From: Chitinophaga pinensis
GTDB taxonomy: Bacteria; Bacteroidota; Bacteroidia; Chitinophagales; UBA10324
Assembly (NCBI GenBank): GCA_945903305.1
Contig: CAMDOA010000008.1
Coordinates: forward strand, 1,041 to 65,040
DNA length: 64,000 bases
Reading direction: 5' to 3'
Below the pieces are notes generated by a model, which searched no databases, had not been told where the DNA came from, and saw only the letters and a program-made list of their open reading frames with translations. The stretch's first letter is position 1, and each line of letters begins with the position of its first letter. This document shows positions 59,154 to 64,000 of the stretch, piece by piece. The position numbers and the translations under genes are program-made.

Positions 59154-59247
59154 TAACTGGTTATACTGATTTTAGCTTATATGAAAGTTTTATCTATCAG
59201 TTGCAGTTGAATTACTATTGATAAATTAAGAAATACTTAAATTTTTT

Positions 59248-59766
59248 TTATCCCTTTCTGTTTTTCCATAGCGGAACATTCGAACAGGCCTCGCCATACA
59301 TCAGGCTGCTAACTACCGGCAATAATATTCTTGCTACCTCCACATAAACCGAAGCCGCCACTTCCTTGTCGCCGCAACCTTTCACTAATAATTTTTTATC
59401 CCGATATTCTTCCGGATCAATTTTTTTTAATGCTTGAAACAATAAATCGGCAATGAGTTCGCTTTCCGTTCCGAAACGGTAGTACCTGGCAACTCCATTT
59501 AAATTCACTGCAACTAACATAAAAGCCCACATAGGCACAATGGCATCAGCAGAACAGCAAATGGCCACATTTTTATTTCGGTACTGACTCCAGTCAAATA
59601 TTTTTAATGCTTCACGGAAATCTTTTTCTTTTAATACCAATCCTTTAAAAAGAAAATTCTTTAAATCAAATACCACTGTTTCGCCCGAAGGATAAAACAC
59701 TTCGAGGTCTAAAGTAATAAGGTCGCTCGAGGCGACCTTATTGATGATGGGATTTATGTTTTCCAT
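59248..59766 (-). CDS. DUF2480 family protein
   Basis: 172 aa. DLITLDLEVFYP...FDLKNFLFKGLVLKEKDFREAL...WSQYRNKNVAI pattern recognised as DUF2480. Confidence 0.7.
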   Translation of the reverse strand: MENINPIINKVASSDLITLDLEVFYPSGETVVFDLKNFLFKGLVLKEKDFREALKIFDWSQYRNKNVAICCSADAIVPMWAFMLVAVNLNGVARYYRFGTESELIADLLFQALKKIDPEEYRDKKLLVKGCGDKEVAASVYVEVARILLPVVSSLMYGEACSNVPLWKNRKG

Positions 59767-59845
59767 TTTTATCGTTGCATTATTTTAACACAACGAAAAA
59801 TTTTGAGTTCAAAAAATATTTCTAAACTTAAATTTCTGCATCTGT

Positions 59846-59877
59846 TCCCGCTCGATTGGAGAGGGTTAGCGTGAGGC
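59846..59877. repeat. Second, degenerate copy of the GC-rich motif ggagaggg-ttag-gtgagg
   Basis: cccgctcgattggagagggttagcgtgagg compares with cccctctccttttcggagaggggttaggggtgagg at 59045-59078, in the same orientation. Abuts the ppiD-like stop codon. Confidence 0.5.
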
Positions 59878-62003
59878 TAGAAAAACAAGTAGCGGTCATC
59901 AACTATGGTAATAGTTTTTTTCAATGCTTCAGAAAAACCATAATCAAAGCGCGGAGCAACTGATTGCAAAACCTGTTGTTTGTATTGATTGTAATCAGCA
60001 ATAGGTGCCGGCTTGGTTGCAGCTGCAGTTAACTTCATAACAAACACTGCATTTCTGCCAACAACCGGCTTCGATAGCACACCTTCCTTCAAATTCGATA
60101 ATGCGCCATTCACTCTCGGTTCAAAACCAATATTATTAAAATAGCCATCAGCAAAGGCCATGTTTTCTCCATTAGTAACTTCCTTACCAAATTTTTGAGC
60201 AAGCGATTCCAATGTTGCATTCAATGCCACAGAAGCATTTACCTGACCTGCTATTGCTGCTCCCTTCAATTCATTGCGAACAAGCGGTTCCACTTGTGCA
60301 CGCAAGGCTTCTACTGTTCCTGTTCCTTCAGGTGAAATAGAAACTAAATGGGCTACAGCATAATTATCTCCCAATGTAAACACCGATGATATAGCATCCT
60401 TCTCGGCGCCATAAGCCCACTTCACTACTTCGCGTGCAGAGGTTAATCCCGGAATCTGAAAATCATTTTTCTTTGTTTGTTCGTTGGTTTGTTTATTCAG
60501 AGTAACATCTGCCATTGCTTTAGTAAATAACTCCGGAGTTGAATGTTCATTTAAAAATTTAGTGGTTTTATCATAAACTGCATTAGTAGTGGCGCTGCTG
60601 TAATCCACGCGGCGCGAAACAGTAATTAATTGTACTTGAGTGGTAGCAACAGGTGCTTCTGTCATCCGGATAATGTGATAACCGAATTCGGTTTTAATCA
60701 AAGATACTTCGCCCACTTTTCCGGTTTCAAATAAATAATCGTTGAATTTTTTTACAGTCATTCCGTACTTCATATAGCCAAGGTCGCCGCCTTTTTCTCC
60801 TGAACCTTTATCATCGCTGTACTTGGCAGCCAATTCTTCAAACATAGCACCGCCTTTAATGGCATTGAAAACACTATCAGCCTTGGCTAACACTTTAACA
60901 GTATCAGCGCTATTCTGTGTCGAAAAAAGAATATGACTTGCTTTTACTGAATCGGGCATCATTTTTTTATCTACCAGTACGGCTGTTTTATAAATTCCAT
61001 CTTCAAAATAAACCGGAAATACAGTTCCGGTAGAAACATCAGCAAGGGTATCCTGCAAAAGCTTACTGCTTAATTTCGATGGGTTGTAATACATTTTATC
61101 ATAAGCACGGTCGCCATACCGGCGGAAATAATCTGTATCATTTGGAGTGGTTGCAAAATGCTGGTACGAATCATTTACAAACTTAAACGCTTTGGCGGTA
61201 TCAGCACTTGAAGGCTGCACAGTAAAAATCACATACTCAATTTTGCGGGTTTCATCCTGCTTGTATTGTTCTTTATGTTTATTTATATACTCCTGAATAT
61301 TAGCGTCAGTCACCTTAATACTTGAATCCGCCATATCAGTAAACGGAATTTTTACATACTGAATCGTGTACTTGGTTTCTTTATCGGTATATTCCATTTC
61401 GGCCTGCCAATTTGGAACATACAGTGCGTTTTTTAACAGCGCTTTATACTTTCCGGTAATCACATCGTTCAACACATATTTCTGAAAACTTGCCCAACGG
61501 GTTTGCTTCTCCACCACATCTTCGCCCTGCATGCTTTTATCTAAATTATCTAAATAATTTTTTACAGCCATCGGGTCAAACTGACCGTTGTTTGGGTTAG
61601 TAAACGATTTTTTCAGTTCAGGATATGGATCAGCACCAAAAAATAAATCCTGCAACTGATCTTTAGGTAAAGTAATTCCCAATTCAGCAAATTCACGATG
61701 ATTCAGATAATTGTTAATCATTTCATTCCAGGTCTGATCGCGTAGCGAGAACAAGGTATTGTCATCAATATTTTTTGTTGCGCTGTTCAGCTTGTAAGTT
61801 TCTACCGTGCTGTCCACCTTTGCCTGAAAACCGCGGATATTAATTTTCATACCATCTATCGTACCTACCGTATCGGAGTTACCCGTTAATAAACCGGTGT
61901 TCGAATCCAGGGCGGTTTGCAATACAAAAAGACCAAGACTAAGGCCAATAATAATTACAATAGCGGGTCCTAATTTGTTTCTGATAATCTGAATCATTGC
62001 CAT
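59877..62003 (-). CDS. ppiD: Periplasmic chaperone / peptidyl-prolyl isomerase PpiD-like (membrane-anchored, parvulin domain)
   Basis: 708 aa. N-terminal TM anchor IRNKLGPAIVIIIGLSLGLFVLQ. Parvulin motifs ASHILF...GGDLGYM...FGYHIIRM. Confidence 0.85.
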   Translation of the reverse strand: MAMIQIIRNKLGPAIVIIIGLSLGLFVLQTALDSNTGLLTGNSDTVGTIDGMKINIRGFQAKVDSTVETYKLNSATKNIDDNTLFSLRDQTWNEMINNYLNHREFAELGITLPKDQLQDLFFGADPYPELKKSFTNPNNGQFDPMAVKNYLDNLDKSMQGEDVVEKQTRWASFQKYVLNDVITGKYKALLKNALYVPNWQAEMEYTDKETKYTIQYVKIPFTDMADSSIKVTDANIQEYINKHKEQYKQDETRKIEYVIFTVQPSSADTAKAFKFVNDSYQHFATTPNDTDYFRRYGDRAYDKMYYNPSKLSSKLLQDTLADVSTGTVFPVYFEDGIYKTAVLVDKKMMPDSVKASHILFSTQNSADTVKVLAKADSVFNAIKGGAMFEELAAKYSDDKGSGEKGGDLGYMKYGMTVKKFNDYLFETGKVGEVSLIKTEFGYHIIRMTEAPVATTQVQLITVSRRVDYSSATTNAVYDKTTKFLNEHSTPELFTKAMADVTLNKQTNEQTKKNDFQIPGLTSAREVVKWAYGAEKDAISSVFTLGDNYAVAHLVSISPEGTGTVEALRAQVEPLVRNELKGAAIAGQVNASVALNATLESLAQKFGKEVTNGENMAFADGYFNNIGFEPRVNGALSNLKEGVLSKPVVGRNAVFVMKLTAAATKPAPIADYNQYKQQVLQSVAPRFDYGFSEALKKTITIVDDRYLFF

Positions 62004-62159
62004 TTAAATAGAGCTTCACTTTTTTTTGAAGGAGTGCAAAGAAAAATTTATTCGGTTGAATATCCAAATGAAGAATTTATACTGTTTTAGAACCCAAAAT
62101 GGATGAATAAAACAGCAGGATTTCAAAAAGAATATTATTCAGATATAGTTCAATAAATA

Positions 62160-62714
62160 CTATTTCTCCTCCAGCAAATTCTCCTTCAACCTAATAGTGC
62201 CTCTTATTTTTTTAATCTTATAATTGGTTAAATCGCTATTGGCTTCTAATCCGTCGCCATAAATAATTTCGTCGCGGGTCTGAATTTTTACAAACTTACT
62301 GCTTGTTATTTTTTGTGTTTGTTCGTTCCATATCAACTCTTCGGTTTCTAATTTTTCCCCTTTCAGGTTTATCACCACCACACTATCGCGCACAATCATC
62401 TCGTTACTTTTTTCATAAGTAATTCCATACTTCGCTGTCAGTTTACTTTCACTCACCATTGTATCATTATAAAAATACATTTTCAACCCCTTCGGCATTT
62501 CTGTAAACGGAGTCTTGGTGCGGTGCTTCCTTAATTCAGGAGCCAATAACCTTGCTTTCACTTTTCCATCAGCGCTGTAAAGCAATTCAATTTTTTTTCC
62601 AATCTCCACCTGCGCATCTTCCGGCGAAGCAATTTTATTTATTTCTGAAATATCATTTTCACAGGAAGAGAAAAATGGAATTACAAATAATAAAATCAAA
62701 GAAAGAAGCCGCAT
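62160..62714 (-). CDS. lptC: LptC-like LPS export periplasmic protein (tentative)
   Basis: 184 aa. Lipobox-like FFSSC. Size and beta-jellyroll-like pattern fit LptC. 3-nt gap to the upstream gene. Confidence 0.55.
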   Translation of the reverse strand: MRLLSLILLFVIPFFSSCENDISEINKIASPEDAQVEIGKKIELLYSADGKVKARLLAPELRKHRTKTPFTEMPKGLKMYFYNDTMVSESKLTAKYGITYEKSNEMIVRDSVVVINLKGEKLETEELIWNEQTQKITSSKFVKIQTRDEIIYGDGLEANSDLTNYKIKKIRGTIRLKENLLEEK

Positions 62715-62717
62715 ACA

Positions 62718-64000
62718 TTATTCAAACTTCCGTTTCACAAACCAGAAATCGCTGAGCGTGATGGCAAATGTTCCCTTCACAAAAAATTGTTGAATATTAT
62801 TTTGACTGATGCTTCCGGTTGTACCGGCATCAAAAGATAAATTCAATTCGCTCGCACTCCGGCGAACAGGAAAACCAAAACCAAGAGTGATGGCTTTTTC
62901 TGAAACGGTATTCCCATTGAGCATTACATAATTTGTTCCTGCATATCCACCAAACCGATAACTCACATTCCGGAAATACGAATCGTAAAATCCTTTGCCC
63001 GGAGTCCATTCACCGCCCACCGCAATTTTTAGTTTGTTAACTGTTGCATCAGTTTCGCCAAACGATTTGTAATCAGCCCAGCTTCCATAATTCAGTTGTG
63101 CACCCAACGACCACACCGCCCATTTTTCATTTTGCACTTCCTTCATCTTCGAAAAAATAAATCCGAACCGCACCTGCATCGGAAGTACCACATCACCCTT
63201 CACACCTGATACATTGTAAACAGTATCATTTGCAACCAATGCATTACTTGAATAATACAACCGTTCAAACAATAAATCATGATGAGCAGCAAGGTTCGTT
63301 TGCAAATTTCCGGTTGCGCCTAAACTCAATTTTATTTTATTATTAAACTCATGCTGAAACTGAATTCCACCTTCCAGCAAAATGGCTCCAAAGTTTTTTG
63401 TTTCCTGACTGCGCGAGTAATAAGCATTGATAGCCGAATCGGTTAAAAATAAAATATTCACATATTTCGTGGTGCCGAATAAATAATTAGCCTTTAACCC
63501 TACCGATAAATCTTTAAATTTTATTCCGGTGGCTAAAAACACTTTGTAAGTTCCACCGCTTCCGGTGTATGCGTTAAATGAAGTGCCTATGTATTCGGTT
63601 GAATCATTTACTTGTCTGATATCATAATTCACACGGCTGAAACTTTGCATTCCCAACGCAAGTCCGGCTTTATTTTTTTTCAATGGAACAGCCAGCGAGA
63701 AATATTCAGGAGCAGAATATCCGAATTTTCCGGTAGCCGAATTGGTTTTCACTGATAAGAAATCACCAAAAGCCGCAAACTGAAAAGTGGCATATTTCAA
63801 ATTACCAAGCGCTGCCGGATTATCGTTATTATAATTTCGGTTGCTGTTGTACGCAGCACTTAAACCGCCCCAACCTCGCAGGTTGGCAGAAGCCGGATTT
63901 TTTAATTCACCGATACCGAATCGGGTCAGTACATTATTCTCCTGCGCAAATGCAAACGAAGAAATAAAAACAATGGAAAAAAGGAGAGTTGAACTTTTGA
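62718..64000 (-). CDS. Putative outer-membrane beta-barrel protein, 5' end beyond the window
   Basis: The ORF-track start at 63800 is a TTG inside a longer open frame. Reading on to the window edge gives ...KSSTLLFSIVFISSFAFAQENNVLTRFGIGE..., a signal peptide, so the true start lies past 64000. Alternating beta-strand pattern throughout. Confidence 0.7.
   Translation of the reverse strand, partial: KSSTLLFSIVFISSFAFAQENNVLTRFGIGELKNPASANLRGWGGLSAAYNSNRNYNNDNPAALGNLKYATFQFAAFGDFLSVKTNSATGKFGYSAPEYFSLAVPLKKNKAGLALGMQSFSRVNYDIRQVNDSTEYIGTSFNAYTGSGGTYKVFLATGIKFKDLSVGLKANYLFGTTKYVNILFLTDSAINAYYSRSQETKNFGAILLEGGIQFQHEFNNKIKLSLGATGNLQTNLAAHHDLLFERLYYSSNALVANDTVYNVSGVKGDVVLPMQVRFGFIFSKMKEVQNEKWAVWSLGAQLNYGSWADYKSFGETDATVNKLKIAVGGEWTPGKGFYDSYFRNVSYRFGGYAGTNYVMLNGNTVSEKAITLGFGFPVRRSASELNLSFDAGTTGSISQNNIQQFFVKGTFAITLSDFWFVKRKFE

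Noticed and set aside
61896-61908. A tRNA T-arm-like string, gtgttcgaatcc.
   Set aside because: It lies inside the well-supported ppiD-like CDS. No flanking acceptor-stem or anticodon-arm complementarity could be found, so it is a coincidental match.

Overview
AT-rich chromosomal segment of a Bacteroidota-type organism. The taxonomic call rests on several T9SS type A and type B C-terminal sorting domains, choice-of-anchor-L/CHU_C-type adhesins and TAnnTTTG-like -7 boxes. I count about 55 protein-coding genes. By eye I found no rRNA, tRNA, CRISPR array, transposase, integrase or phage genes.

Gene content:
- Housekeeping genes: truA, a thiolase, carA, eno, purQ, dsbD, yicC, and ppiD-lptC.
- An MNT/HepT toxin-antitoxin pair wedged between the thiolase gene and truA.
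- An O-antigen/EPS-type block at 39.9-46.1 kb: ligase/polymerase-like, Wzz-like, Wzx, FkbM methyltransferase and a GT4 glycosyltransferase.
- Many envelope proteins.
- Six T9SS cargo genes: a PLD-fold nuclease, two tandem choice-of-anchor-L adhesin paralogs, an EEP-fold nuclease, a cupredoxin-PKD protein and a Kelch protein.

I do not see a convincing novel multi-gene system such as a defence island. The points most worth a second look are:
1. A flavoprotein gene whose GxGxxG motif lies upstream of its first ATG, next to an A8 run (frameshift or recoding candidate).
2. A DUF1905/YdeI gene interrupted by TGA exactly where the family has a conserved Trp, with the C-terminal tail still intact.
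3. A 139-bp MITE-like element bounded by inverted repeats.
4. A heptamer tandem repeat inside the EEP nuclease gene, at the junction with its secretion tag.
5. A family of doubled or tandem 7-21-nt words in intergenic DNA.
6. Two uncharacterised envelope operons.

All functional calls come from motif recognition by eye. No database search was run.
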